Positions 30,861-41,201 of a stretch of 64,000 bases of DNA are shown piece by piece (the first letter of the stretch is position 1; every line of letters starts with the position of its first letter). This stretch comes from an uncultured delta proteobacterium (lineage in GTDB: Bacteria; Desulfobacterota; Syntrophorhabdia; Syntrophorhabdales; WCHB1-27): the NCBI GenBank assembly GCA_963810935.1, contig CAWEPK010000012.1:96001-160000 (forward strand), read 5' to 3'. Position numbers and translations under genes: made by a program. The notes beneath the pieces were generated by a model that was not told the DNA's origin, did no database searches, and saw nothing but the letters and a program-made list of their open reading frames with translations.

Positions 30861-31321
30861 GCGTCCGGGCCGTAAGTCCCGCGCACCCTTTTCGACTTCT
30901 TCAGATAGAGCCGCCACGCGCCCGCATAGATCAGGGTGAAAAAGGAATTGAGGAAGTTTATATACAGGGTTTCCCGGTTTGAAAGCTGCTCCGAGCGCAG
31001 AAAAAAAGGAAGAAAAGGCGATACGATCGCATATGCCGATATGACGGCGAAGTACCGGCGTGCCGTTTGCGGTGCGCCCGGTGTACGCCTGAAGAGCGAC
31101 ACGCCTGCATAGAGGCTGAAAACCGCCAGTGCTATCCCTACTATTCCGTTGACCATTATGAGATGGAAGAGCCCCGGCTGCTGGACGAAATAAGGCCTCG
31201 CCACCTCGCTCACCGTGAAGAGGTTGACAAGGACAGCCATCGGGTCGAGGATCGTCAGGTTGAGGCAGAGCAACAGCAGCCAGCCCCGCACCCCTTTTTG
31301 CTCCGACCCTGTAATATCCAC
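30857..31321 (-). CDS. Membrane protein, DUF2569-like
   Basis: GVRGWLLL...YLKKSKRVRGTY. Confidence 0.6.
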   Translation of the reverse strand: MDITGSEQKGVRGWLLLLCLNLTILDPMAVLVNLFTVSEVARPYFVQQPGLFHLIMVNGIVGIALAVFSLYAGVSLFRRTPGAPQTARRYFAVISAYAIVSPFLPFFLRSEQLSNRETLYINFLNSFFTLIYAGAWRLYLKKSKRVRGTYGPDA

Positions 31322-31554
31322 GAATGACCCCTTTGTCCCAGAATTTTATCGCCGCTATAATCTACAATGGCCGCTTCGATTTGTCGAGAACCGGCCTCGC
31401 TGCTTGAATATCCCGCTCCCGCGCCCCTTTTTTAAGTCCGGTCCGGCCTATAAGACAACAAGACTTCGAAGCGTCCCGCCATTATAATCTGATTCGTTGA
31501 TAAATAGCAGGGCGTCGCGAGCTTCAACCATGAGATGCCTTAAAGGATAGCGCC

Positions 31555-32828
31555 ATGCAACGTAACGTATCCGTAAACCTCGGCAACCTCGTCCTCTCTT
31601 TGTCCGACGCTATGGACCTGGCCAGCCCGGAGCTGGCCCAGCACCAGCAGCGCACGGGCTTCGTCGCCTCCGAGCTGGGAAAGGCCGCCTGCCTTCCCGC
31701 CGGCCGTCTCGAAAGCGTCTTCATGGCCGCCCTTCTCCATGACGTGGGCGCGTTCTCCATCGAAGAGAAAATGGCGCTCCACAGCTTCGAGACCGAAGAG
31801 ATAGACCTGCACTGCGAGCGCGGCGCCGCACTCCTGGAGACCGTACCCTGGCTCCAGGACGAGGCGCGGCTGGTCAGGCGTCATCATACCGAATGGCGCC
31901 GGTGGGAAGAGCCCATAGAATCGCCTATCGTCTTCGACTCCCAGATCCTCCTGATGAGCGATTACCTGGAGCGGCTGATCGACCGTAAAAAGTACATCCT
32001 CCATCAGCATGACGACATACTGTCGAAACTCTACGCCATGTCCGGCACGGTACTACACCCGGACGTGCTCGACCTGCTCGGCAGCGTCTGCGGCCGCGAG
32101 GAGTTCTGGATCGACCTCTGCTCGCCCCGGCTCTACTCCGTCCTCCTCAACGAAGGGCCTTTCAGAAAGACGGAAATCGGCCTCCCGGAGATATCCGTCA
32201 TCGCAGAGCTTTTCCGCAACATCATTGATTTCCGCTCCCGGTTCACCGCTACGCATCGTCCGGGGTGGCAGTCGCCGCGTCCCTGCTGTCCAGGATATTC
32301 GGGCTGACCGAGCAGGAGACGAAGCTTATGGAGGTGGCCGGTAACTTCCACGACGTCGGTAAACTCGTGATTCCCAACAGCATCCTCGACAAGCCCGGCC
32401 CGCTGACGATAGACGAGATGGCTGTCATGAAATCGCACACGTACTACACGTATTCGATCCTCAAGACCATCGGGGGCATCGAGAACCTGGCGGAGTGGGC
32501 GGCATACCACCACGAGAGGCTCGACGAGTCGGGCTACCCCTTCCACTGCGCCGGATCGGGCCTGAATACGGGCGCCAGGATCGTGGCGGTGGCGGACGTA
32601 TTTACCGCGCTGGCTGAAGACCGGCCGTATCGGAAAGGGTTGGAGGACCACCGGATTACGGGCACCCTCAGGCGCTTCGCGGACACCGGCCTGCTCGACC
32701 GGAAGATAGTGGGCCTGCTGATCGATAACCACGACGAGATCAGGGGCAGCGTCGCCCGGAAACAGGCCGAGGCCAGGGCCTTCTATGAAAACCAGTTCTC
32801 CGCCATAGAGAACCGCCTGGTGTCGTAA
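31555..32828 (+). CDS. Tandem HD/HD-GYP phosphohydrolase (frameshift near 32256)
   Basis: LHDVG; FTATH(S)SGVA; HDVGK...ILDKPGPL; HHERLDESGYP; ADVFTALAEDRPYR. Confidence 0.85.
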
Positions 32829-32893
32829 CAATTCCGTGCTCGCGACCGTCGCCCGCTTTACTGCCGGCACTTAAAGGTGTTAAATTTGAATCG

Positions 32894-33475
32894 ATGGAAG
32901 TCACCTGCGCCATACTCTCCGGGGGCAGGAGCAGACGGATGGGCCACGACAAGGCGACGGCCCTGATAGGCGATACATTCCTCGTCAAGCACGTTTACGA
33001 CATCGCCCGTAAGGTGTTTGAGAGGATCGTCGTCGTGTCGAGCATCCACAACGCCATTGCAGGTGTTGACGCGCCCATTATCGCCGATATCCTGCCCGTC
33101 CCCGGCTCGCTGACCGGCATCGTCTCCGCCTTGATGTACGCGGATTCCCCGGTCGTCTTTATCATGGGGTGCGATATGCCGTTCGTCAGGCCGGAGTCGA
33201 TACGCTATGTCCTCGACGCCTACGAAGGTGGGGACGTAGTCGTGCCGAGGACCAAAGGCGGGCTCGAACCTATGCACGCCCTCTATGCAAGGAGCTGCAT
33301 CTCGCCGATGCTGACCGCGATCGAGCGGCGCAGGATGAAGGTGACCGGCGTCTTCCCCCTGCTCTCAGTAAAAATACTCCCGTTCTGCCCGCTGTTTATG
33401 GCTGACGGCGTCTCTGTCTTCGACAACGTAAACACGGAGGAGGACCTGAAGCGTGCAGAAAGACTCCTTCCCTGA
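32894..33475 (+). CDS. mobA: Molybdenum cofactor guanylyltransferase
   Basis: ILSGGRSRRMGHDKA, CDMPF, EPMHALY, NVNTEED. Confidence 0.9.
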   Translation: MEVTCAILSGGRSRRMGHDKATALIGDTFLVKHVYDIARKVFERIVVVSSIHNAIAGVDAPIIADILPVPGSLTGIVSALMYADSPVVFIMGCDMPFVRPESIRYVLDAYEGGDVVVPRTKGGLEPMHALYARSCISPMLTAIERRRMKVTGVFPLLSVKILPFCPLFMADGVSVFDNVNTEEDLKRAERLLP

Positions 33476-33920
33476 AGTAGAGATAGTCGAGATGAAGGAA
33501 GAGCACCTCGACGAGGTGCTGGGCATCGAGCACCGCTCCTTCGCGGCGCCGTGGTCGCGGAAACTTTTCCGCGAAACGATGACCTTCCCATTCTCCATGA
33601 GCGTCATCCTGATGAAAAAGATTGACAAGAAGGTCATGGGTTATGCAAACTTCTACGTGATAGCCGGCGAGGTGCAGGTGTTGAACGTCGCCATCGCGCC
33701 GGAAGAGAGGAACCAGGGCTGTGCGGGCCTGCTGCTCGGCCGCTCCATCGACCTCCTCAAGAGCCGGGGAGCGCGGGACTTCTTCCTGGAGGTGCGCGAG
33801 AGCAACGCGCACGCCCTCAAGCTCTATAAGAAGCTCGGCTTCAGGAAGGTCGGCCGGAGGAAAAGATATTACACGGAGACGAACGAGGACGCGCTCGTCA
33901 TGCAGTTGAAAGCGGAGTAA
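33453..33920 (+). CDS. rimI: Ribosomal-protein-alanine N-acetyltransferase
   Basis: SFAAPWS, NVAI, LEVRESN, LYKKLGF...RKRYY...EDALVM. Confidence 0.9.
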   Translation: MQKDSFPEVEIVEMKEEHLDEVLGIEHRSFAAPWSRKLFRETMTFPFSMSVILMKKIDKKVMGYANFYVIAGEVQVLNVAIAPEERNQGCAGLLLGRSIDLLKSRGARDFFLEVRESNAHALKLYKKLGFRKVGRRKRYYTETNEDALVMQLKAE

Positions 33921-34684
33921 TGCACCCTATCGACGACATAGAAGGAACGATCATTCAGAACCAGCCCGTCGTGACGGGCCACTACCTGGCCGCAGTCAGG
34001 CTGGACAGGCCTATGCATACGCCCTCACCCGGCCAGTTCGTGATGGTCAGGACAGGCGGGGAAGGCGTCTTCCTTCGCCGCCCCTTCAGTATCCACGACT
34101 ACGGCAGGTCGGTCCTCCGCATCCTTTACAGGGTAACAGGCGCGGGGACGTCGCATCTCGCGGGCATGGTGCGAGGGGCAAAGATAGCCGTCCTGGGGCC
34201 TCTAGGCAACGGCTTCACTCCCCTTCCCGGCCATACGCCCGTGATCGTGGCAGGCGGCATAGGGATCGCCGGGGTCCATCTGTTGTGGGCGCGTATGAAG
34301 AACAAGGCATCCCTCTTCTGGGGCTGCACATCCGCAGACGACGTGGGCCTGCTCGGCCGCATCGCGGAGTGCGAGCCATATATCTCCACGATAGACGGCT
34401 CGTTCGGCTGCCGGGGCAACGTCGTAGACCTGCTGGCCGACAGCATGGGAGAGATCAAGAAACCATTCCAGGTATTCGCGTGCGGACCGGAGGCGATGTA
34501 CAGGAGCCTCGCCGGCCTCCTGGGTAAAGAACGCATACCGTGCCAGGTCTCCCTCGAAGAGCGCATGGCCTGCGGCTTCGGCGTCTGCTTCGGCTGCGTC
34601 CGGAAAACGGACGATGAAAAAGAACCCTACCAGCGGGTCTGCAAGGAAGGACCGGTCTTCGATATATGGCGGATATCTCTGTAA
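33920..34684 (+). CDS. pyrK: Dihydroorotate dehydrogenase electron transfer subunit
   Basis: PGQFVM, LRRPFSI, GPLGNGF, EERMACGFGVCFGC, VCKEGPVF. Confidence 0.92.
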   Translation: MHPIDDIEGTIIQNQPVVTGHYLAAVRLDRPMHTPSPGQFVMVRTGGEGVFLRRPFSIHDYGRSVLRILYRVTGAGTSHLAGMVRGAKIAVLGPLGNGFTPLPGHTPVIVAGGIGIAGVHLLWARMKNKASLFWGCTSADDVGLLGRIAECEPYISTIDGSFGCRGNVVDLLADSMGEIKKPFQVFACGPEAMYRSLAGLLGKERIPCQVSLEERMACGFGVCFGCVRKTDDEKEPYQRVCKEGPVFDIWRISL

Positions 34685-35577
34685 CCCTCTTCGGAAAGCG
34701 CCTGCGCAACCCGGTCATGAACGCGTCGGGCACGCTGGGCTATGGCGTGGAAATCGAGCCTTTCTGGCCCCTCGATATCCTGGGCGCCCATGTGTCGAAA
34801 GGCCTCTCCGCCCTGCCCCACCACGGCAATCCGCAGCCGCGCATCTGGGAGGACAGGTCGGGCCTCATGAACAGCATCGGCCTCCAGAACATCGGGGTCC
34901 ATCGCTTCTTCGAGGAGGTCTTTCCCCTCTTCAAGAAAAGGCAGACGCCCGTCATAGTCAATTTCTTCGGGTTCTCGGAAGACGAGTACGCGCAGTGCGC
35001 GGAGGCCGTCCCTGAAGACGACTTCGTCTGCGCCCTGGAGATGAACCTCTCCTGTCCCAACATCAAGCAGGGCGGCATCTGCATGGGGAAGAACCCGGAT
35101 GACGTCTACAGGGTCGTCAGGCGCATCAAAGGCGTCACGCGCCTGCCGCTACTAGCGAAGCTCACCCCTGAAGTGGCCAACATCGTCGACATAGCGCGGG
35201 CAGCATATGATGCAGGCGCGGACGGGGTCACCGTCTTCAACACCCTTCCGGCAACAGCCATAGACCTCGAAGGCAAGAAGATAGCCGCGAGGGGCGGCCT
35301 CTCGGGGCCTTTCCTGAAGCCCATCGCCCTGCGCGCAGTTGCGGACATCGCGTCGGCTGTCCCGATCCCTGTCATCGGCACGGGCGGCATCATGGACGCC
35401 TCCGACGCCATCGCATTCATCATGGCCGGGGCAGCCGCAGTCCAGGTGGGCACTGCAACGCTCATCGACCCCTTCGCCATACCCAGGATCGTAAAAGGCA
35501 TCGGGGAGTATCTCGATTCACATCATATATCAGGGATAGACGCGATCAAAGGGAAGGCGCTTGCTCAAAATCGCTGA
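34666..35577 (+). CDS. pyrD: Dihydroorotate dehydrogenase family 1B catalytic subunit
   Basis: NASGT, NSIGLQN, NLSCPN, KLTP, GGLSG. Confidence 0.92.
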   Translation: MADISVTLFGKRLRNPVMNASGTLGYGVEIEPFWPLDILGAHVSKGLSALPHHGNPQPRIWEDRSGLMNSIGLQNIGVHRFFEEVFPLFKKRQTPVIVNFFGFSEDEYAQCAEAVPEDDFVCALEMNLSCPNIKQGGICMGKNPDDVYRVVRRIKGVTRLPLLAKLTPEVANIVDIARAAYDAGADGVTVFNTLPATAIDLEGKKIAARGGLSGPFLKPIALRAVADIASAVPIPVIGTGGIMDASDAIAFIMAGAAAVQVGTATLIDPFAIPRIVKGIGEYLDSHHISGIDAIKGKALAQNR

Positions 35578-37234
35578 ACACGATGCGGACGTCGCCGCCC
35601 TGCTCGAAGACGGCCTGAAGCTCCCGCCCATCGTGGCGCGCATCCTGGCATCGCGCGGCATCGGAACGTGCGAGGACGCGGAGCGTTTCCTCTATCCGAA
35701 GATCGAGCACCTCTCCGACCCCTTCTCCCTGCCCGATATGGCCTCTGCCGTAGACGCGGTCGCCTCTGCCGTGAAGTCGGGCAGGCGGATAGGCCTCTTC
35801 GGCGATTATGACGCGGACGGCATAACTGCGACGGCCCTCGTGCTCAACTTCCTCGTGGAGGCCGGCGTGCAGCCGGAAGTCTACCTGCCTGGCCGGGAAG
35901 AGGGTTACGGGCTCAACGCGCAGGCAGTCAAAGAGCTTCGCGGCAGGGGCGTAGACTTGCTGGTCTGCCTCGACTGCGGCTCGTCAAACGTAGCCGAGGT
36001 CGAGCTTGCCAACAGCCTGGGCATGGACGTCGTGGTCATAGACCACCACGAGACAACCGACCCCCTCCCCGCTGCTGCCGCCCTGGTCAATCCCAAGCGA
36101 AAGGACTCCGTGTTCCCGACACGCGAGCTTGCGGCGTGCGGCGTGGCATTCTTTTTCCTTATCGCGCTGCGTAGGGTCATGGACTCGCGCGGCATGCTTC
36201 GCGCTCCCATCAACCTGAAGCGCCAGCTCGACCTGGCCGCCCTGGGGACAGTGGCCGACATGGTCCCCCTGACCGGCGACAACCGCGTGATAGTCAAATT
36301 CGGCATGCAGATGATGGAAAAACAGCCTAGGCAGTGGCTCAAATCATTCTTCAGGCTGAAGATGATCTACGGGCAAAAGCTTGACAACTACGCGTTGAGC
36401 TTCATAATCATCCCCAGGATTAACGCGGCCGGCCGCGTCTCCCATCCTAAGACCGCCCTCGACTTCCTCATCGCCGGCGGCATGGAAGAGTGCGACACCC
36501 TTCTTGCCGCCCTTAACAGCGCCAACAGGACGCGCCAGAACATGGAAGGGCTAGTCATAGACGAGGCGACCGAGATGATGGAGGCGAACGGGGCAGCCGC
36601 GAAGCAGAGCCTCGTGTTATATAAAGAGGACTGGCCCGTCGGCGTGATCGGCATAGCCGCTCAGAAACTGGCGGAAAGCTCAGGCAAGCCGTGCATCATC
36701 TTTACCCGCGTCGACGGGACGTGGAAGGGCTCTGCCAGGGGCGTCGCCGGCCTCGACCTCTTCGGCACCGTGAGCACGCTGGCGGACCTGCTCCTGCGGT
36801 TCGGCGGCCACAAATTCGCCTGCGGCCTCTCCCTGCGCGACGACGCGCTGCACAGCTTCCCCGTCGCCTTCGAGAAAGCGGTGGCGGCTGCGCTCGTCGG
36901 GGTGGAGAAGATCGTAGCGGTCGACGGCATCGTGGACTTCGAGGAGTTGACTGCCGAGCTTGTGGAGTCCCTGGAGCTGCTTGCGCCCTTCGGCTTCGGC
37001 AACCCGCGGCCCGGCTTCCTCCTGTCGCCTTCAGCCGTCTCCACCACACGCAACAGGTCGGTCAGGCTCACCGACCGGAGGTCCCGCGTCTGGCAGGGGT
37101 TTTTGCAGAGGGGCGTCGACGTGCCGGACGTCCCCGGCGTGCAGGTGGTTGCCTCCCCTGCCTTCAGGGAGCAGATGGGGGAGCGCTTCGTGCACCTGCA
37201 GATCAGGGAGTTCGTGACACAGCAGCAGATATAA
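35561..37234 (+). CDS. recJ: Single-stranded DNA exonuclease RecJ
   Basis: GDYDADG, DCG, DHH, GTVADMVPL, PRINAAGR, GSAR, GGH, PFGFGNP. Confidence 0.92.
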   Translation: MLKIAEHDADVAALLEDGLKLPPIVARILASRGIGTCEDAERFLYPKIEHLSDPFSLPDMASAVDAVASAVKSGRRIGLFGDYDADGITATALVLNFLVEAGVQPEVYLPGREEGYGLNAQAVKELRGRGVDLLVCLDCGSSNVAEVELANSLGMDVVVIDHHETTDPLPAAAALVNPKRKDSVFPTRELAACGVAFFFLIALRRVMDSRGMLRAPINLKRQLDLAALGTVADMVPLTGDNRVIVKFGMQMMEKQPRQWLKSFFRLKMIYGQKLDNYALSFIIIPRINAAGRVSHPKTALDFLIAGGMEECDTLLAALNSANRTRQNMEGLVIDEATEMMEANGAAAKQSLVLYKEDWPVGVIGIAAQKLAESSGKPCIIFTRVDGTWKGSARGVAGLDLFGTVSTLADLLLRFGGHKFACGLSLRDDALHSFPVAFEKAVAAALVGVEKIVAVDGIVDFEELTAELVESLELLAPFGFGNPRPGFLLSPSAVSTTRNRSVRLTDRRSRVWQGFLQRGVDVPDVPGVQVVASPAFREQMGERFVHLQIREFVTQQQI

Positions 37235-37239
37235 AGGCT

Positions 37240-38874
37240 CTAGACTTTGAACGAATGGGTCGCGCCTTCCAGATAGCGCGACAGCTCCGACAGGTTCGTC
37301 GCTGCGTCGGACATCTCCTTTGAAGAGGTGAAAGTCTCCTTCGTCACCGTGGAAATCCCGTCGATGTCCCTCGCAATCTCTTCCGTCGTTATGTTCATCT
37401 GCACCGTGGCCGCCGCTATCTGGTGGACCCCTCCGTGAAGGTGGTCGATGCTCTCTATGATGCGTGAAAGGGCGACAGACGCCTGAGAGGAGAACTCGAC
37501 CCCGGCCGCGACTTTCTCTTTCGCGCCGTCCATCGAGACGATCGTCTTCTCCACGCCTTCCCTGATCGCGTTGATCATATGGGCTATCTCGGTCGTCGAA
37601 GACGCGGTCCTCTCGGCAAGCTTCCTCACTTCGTCGGCCACCACCGAAAAGCCCCTGCCGTGCTCCCCTGCCCTGGCCGCCTCGATTGCCGCATTCAGGG
37701 CCAGGAGGTTCGTCTGGTCCGCGATGCCGTTGATCGTGGTGACGATGTCTCCGATTTTTTCGGACTGGCTGCCCAGGTCCCTGACAAAACCGAGTGTCGT
37801 TTCCATGGTCCCCGCGATCACGTTTACTTCCCTGATGGCCTTGTCCACGACCTCCTGCCCGCCCCTGGCCACCTGCACGGCCTCGTTTGCCGATGTCGCC
37901 ATAGAGTTCGAGTTGCTCGCGATTTCGCCGGACGTCTGGCCCATCTCGACGGAGCCGGCTGCCACCTGTGCCGCCCGGTTCACCTGGTCGTTCGCGCCCT
38001 CGGATAGCCGTTTGGCCGCAACGCTCATCTGCCCGCTTGCAGACGCGACGTCCTCGGCCGATGCCGCCACGTCCGCGAGCATTTTCCTGAGATTAGTGTT
38101 CATCACGTCCATCGAGCGGGCAAGAGCGCCCATTTCATCCTTGCGGCCGAGGGCGTGCGCTGACACGGGTATGGAGAAGTCGCCCTTCGACATCAGGCCT
38201 ATATGCTCCGAGCAGCGCGCCAGCGGTACGGTGATGCTCTGGGTTGTCCGCCTTGACAGGAGAGCGCCGGCGAGCAAGGCGGCAGCGCCGAGCACCAAAA
38301 AAACGATCATGGCCGCGGAGTAACGGCCCTTCGCCTCTTCGTACCTATATTGTATGCGCCCTTCGTTGTACCTGACTATATCTTGCGCAACGCGGATGGA
38401 GGCCTCCAGACTGGCTGCGAGCCCCGCGTACCGCTCGGCCGCCTCCGCATGTTTTCCCTCCATGACCAGCGCAATGACGCTGCCTGCCAGTGCCTTGCCC
38501 TTTGCGTCCTCTTCCTTCAGCCCGGCTATGAGCCGCTTGCCTTCCGGGTTGATCTCGAGGGATTCGAGCGCCATGACGGACCTCGCGGAAGCGGCGTTCT
38601 TCTCGTCTATCTTCTTCCCGGCTGCGAGGGCTGCCGCGCCGTCCCGGGACATGACAACCTTTTCGGCGAGCCGGCCGATATCGGCCAGTGCGGACCTTGC
38701 GTCGTTGGCGCTGCTTATCTTGGCCGTGTTGACCTTGACTATCCGCTCGACTGTGCGGTGCATCAGGTTGAGGTAGACGAGCCCCGTAACGACGATCGTT
38801 ATCATCAACGACAGGATTATGCCGAACCCGGTCGCCAGTCTCCGTCCTGTCCTGACATCGCTGAATAGCCTCAT
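37240..38874 (-). CDS. Methyl-accepting chemotaxis protein
   Basis: Two TM segments, four-helix sensor, HAMP, IADQTNLLALNAAIEAARAGEHGRGF. Confidence 0.95.
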   Translation of the reverse strand: MRLFSDVRTGRRLATGFGIILSLMITIVVTGLVYLNLMHRTVERIVKVNTAKISSANDARSALADIGRLAEKVVMSRDGAAALAAGKKIDEKNAASARSVMALESLEINPEGKRLIAGLKEEDAKGKALAGSVIALVMEGKHAEAAERYAGLAASLEASIRVAQDIVRYNEGRIQYRYEEAKGRYSAAMIVFLVLGAAALLAGALLSRRTTQSITVPLARCSEHIGLMSKGDFSIPVSAHALGRKDEMGALARSMDVMNTNLRKMLADVAASAEDVASASGQMSVAAKRLSEGANDQVNRAAQVAAGSVEMGQTSGEIASNSNSMATSANEAVQVARGGQEVVDKAIREVNVIAGTMETTLGFVRDLGSQSEKIGDIVTTINGIADQTNLLALNAAIEAARAGEHGRGFSVVADEVRKLAERTASSTTEIAHMINAIREGVEKTIVSMDGAKEKVAAGVEFSSQASVALSRIIESIDHLHGGVHQIAAATVQMNITTEEIARDIDGISTVTKETFTSSKEMSDAATNLSELSRYLEGATHSFKV

Positions 38875-38937
38875 GAAGACTCCTTGCTGTAGTTTTTGCC
38901 GGAAAGCGCCCGGTCGCGCCGCTTGCCCCTTATTTGT

Positions 38938-38964
38938 TTATCGGTGTGGAGGATATGTGATTAA
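38938..38964 (-). promoter_or_regulatory. Sigma28-like promoter for the MCP gene
   Basis: Minus strand TTAA-N15-ACCGATAA. Confidence 0.5.
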
Positions 38965-39023
38965 CCTAGGGAAATTACTAGTGCGAGGGACTACCGGTAA
39001 TGGTTATTGCGTAGCTAACCGCC

Positions 39024-39683
39024 TTAAATGACGTCGCCGGTCAGGACCCGGGCGACAAGCTCGGAGAAGGAGCGGGCGGAAAACTTCTTCATCATCTGGT
39101 ACTTGTGGTATTCGACCGTCCTTGGAGATATGTTCAGTTGGAAGGCTATCTCTTTCGCCACGCGGCCGTTGCAGAACAGGTTTAATATCTGCTTCTGCCG
39201 TTCGGTAAGGACCGGCGCGGCCGCAGGGTTAGGCGCGGCCGCAGCGCCGCCCAGATACTTGGCTACATGGATGGAGCCGCTTACCCGGCCGTCCCGCGTA
39301 AACAAAGGCGACACGGATACAAGGATCCTGATGCCAAGGTGGGGCTCGAAGAATTCCTCTTTCTGATGGTTTCCGGTCCGCAGCGCCCTCGTATGCGGGC
39401 AACGCTCAGGCGGTGCCGCAACCCCATGGACTACCTCGAAGCACCTGCGGCCGACGATCTGCGCCGGTTCTTTCTGCAGCAGGGCGGCAAGGGCGGCATT
39501 TACCTTTACGATCCTGTAATCCCTGTCGTGGATAGAGATGAACACGGACGTAGCGTCGAGCGCCGCGTCCCACTCATAGCTGAGTGCATCCCGCTTGTCT
39601 TTACGACTCCCCATTACGTTCTCTCTTTGTTTCGTTATGATGTTCGAACGAACGGTGAGAGGTCTGGCAGAATTATAGTCCAT
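39024..39683 (-). CDS. PAS + LuxR HTH one-component regulator (start may be 39614)
   Basis: PAS (VKVNAA...GRRCFEVVHG...CP); LTERQKQIL...KEIAFQLNISPRTVEYHK. Confidence 0.85.
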   Translation of the reverse strand: MDYNSARPLTVRSNIITKQRENVMGSRKDKRDALSYEWDAALDATSVFISIHDRDYRIVKVNAALAALLQKEPAQIVGRRCFEVVHGVAAPPERCPHTRALRTGNHQKEEFFEPHLGIRILVSVSPLFTRDGRVSGSIHVAKYLGGAAAAPNPAAAPVLTERQKQILNLFCNGRVAKEIAFQLNISPRTVEYHKYQMMKKFSARSFSELVARVLTGDVI

Positions 39684-39749
39684 TGCGCCACGTTTTTCAA
39701 AAAAAATATCGGCGCCTTTGTGTAAGCCCCAAATGCGTTATAATATCGG

Positions 39750-40646
39750 ATGGACCTTAACCACTGCGAGATTTGTCCCAGGAGTTGCGGGGTAGACCGC
39801 ACCGCCGGGCAGCGCGGCTTCTGCCGCTGCGGCGCAGACTGCGTCGTCGCCCACTACGGCCTCCACTTCGGTGAGGAGCCGCCCGTCTCGGGTGAGCGCG
39901 GCTCCGGCACCGTCTTCTTCTCGCCGTGCAACCTGCGCTGCCTCTTCTGCCAGAACTACCAGATAAGCCAGATAGAGTCGGGCCGGGCCGTCCGGCCGGC
40001 GGAGCTTGCCGATATTTTTCTGGAGCTGGAGGCTAAGGGGGCGCACAACATCAACCTCGTCAGCCCCACGCCCTACGCGCCGCAGATATGCGATGCGATA
40101 GCGCGCGCAAAGCAGAAGGGCATCGGCATACCGTTCCTTTACAACACAAACGCCTACGAGACCGTAGAGACGCTCCGCGCACTTGCGGGCCTCATCGATA
40201 TCTACATGCCCGACCTCAAATACTGGAGCGCCGCCATAGCGGAAGACCTCTCGGCCGCTCCCGGCTATCCCGCATGTGCGATCGCCGCAGTTAAGGAGAT
40301 GAAAGAACAGGTCGGGGACCTTACGCTGTCAGGCGGCGTGGCGACGCGGGGGCTTTTAATCCGCCACCTGGTGTTACCGGGCGGCCTCGCTGGGACGAGG
40401 CGCATTATCGGCTGGATAGCGCAGAACCTCGGGCCGCAGACTGCCGTCAGTCTCATGTCCCAGTACTACCCGGCGCACCGTGCAGGCGCACGCGCCATCA
40501 TCAACAGGCGCATCAGGCCGGACGAGTACGCGCCCCTCGTGGACCTCCTTGAGGAGAAGGGCTTCGGGAACGTCTTTATTCAGGAGATGGAGAGCGCCGA
40601 ATCGTACCGGCCGGACTTCAACAAGAAACGCCCCTTCCGCCAGTGA
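39750..40646 (+). CDS. Radical SAM protein, PflX-like
   Basis: CEICPRSC, HFGEEPP, CNLRCLFCQN, NINLVSPT, RHLVLPG, MSQYYP. Confidence 0.88.
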   Translation: MDLNHCEICPRSCGVDRTAGQRGFCRCGADCVVAHYGLHFGEEPPVSGERGSGTVFFSPCNLRCLFCQNYQISQIESGRAVRPAELADIFLELEAKGAHNINLVSPTPYAPQICDAIARAKQKGIGIPFLYNTNAYETVETLRALAGLIDIYMPDLKYWSAAIAEDLSAAPGYPACAIAAVKEMKEQVGDLTLSGGVATRGLLIRHLVLPGGLAGTRRIIGWIAQNLGPQTAVSLMSQYYPAHRAGARAIINRRIRPDEYAPLVDLLEEKGFGNVFIQEMESAESYRPDFNKKRPFRQ

Positions 40647-40677
40647 TGGAAGGGGCATGTTCGCCTCACAAACCGTA

Positions 40678-40824
40678 TCATCCGTAAAACAGCCGGAACC
40701 ATGGATACGCCAGCGAAAAAAGCGACCCGACCCAGAGGGATACCCCGTCCTTTAAACCTTTGGTCATCGGCCTTTTATGGGCCGTCGGGGAGGTGGCAGA
40801 TGTCTCTTCACACTTGTACTCCAT
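40678..40824 (-). CDS. Putative 48-aa microprotein with hydrophobic C-terminus
   Basis: Manual translation MEYKCEETSATSPTAHKRPMTKGLKDGVSLWVGSLFSLAYPWFRLFYG; RBS GGAGG 5 nt upstream. Confidence 0.45.
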   Translation of the reverse strand: MEYKCEETSATSPTAHKRPMTKGLKDGVSLWVGSLFSLAYPWFRLFYG

Positions 40825-40850
40825 ATCATCCTCCATCCGGTCCGTTGACT

Positions 40851-41000
40851 TTATTTCAGGAGAAGACGGCGACCCAAGCCACGATCGGAGCGGCCGGTTT
40901 GCGCAATCGTCCGCAGTAGGACCTTGAGCATCTCGGCTTCGACGCGACCCGCCTTCGTGCTCGTCTCGGCCAGGCGTTCAATTTCTCTTCGTCCTTTCAT
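40851..41000 (-). CDS. Putative 49-aa basic microprotein
   Basis: Manual translation MKGRREIERLAETSTKAGRVEAEMLKVLLRTIAQTGRSDRGLGRRLLLK; RBS GGAGG 4 nt upstream. Confidence 0.5.
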   Translation of the reverse strand: MKGRREIERLAETSTKAGRVEAEMLKVLLRTIAQTGRSDRGLGRRLLLK

Positions 41001-41037
41001 GTTGCCTCCATCATGTTGTGTAACGTACTGTAGTTAT

Positions 41038-41053
41038 TGCAATTGCAGTGCCG
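41038..41053 (-). promoter_or_regulatory. Sigma54 (-24/-12) promoter
   Basis: Minus strand CGGCAC-TGCAA-TTGCA, close to the TGGCAC-N5-TTGCW consensus. Confidence 0.65.
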
Positions 41054-41201
41054 AAACGCAAGAGGAGAAGAAATTCCGCGAATTCGAAAGGAATTCAGAG
41101 AAACTGCAATCGGACGGCGCCCGATCCTAAGGCCGCGCCGGCAAGTTTTTTGTCCTTTTATAAGGATAGCGTCCTGAAAAGCGGACAGAGGCAGGAAGGT
41201 A

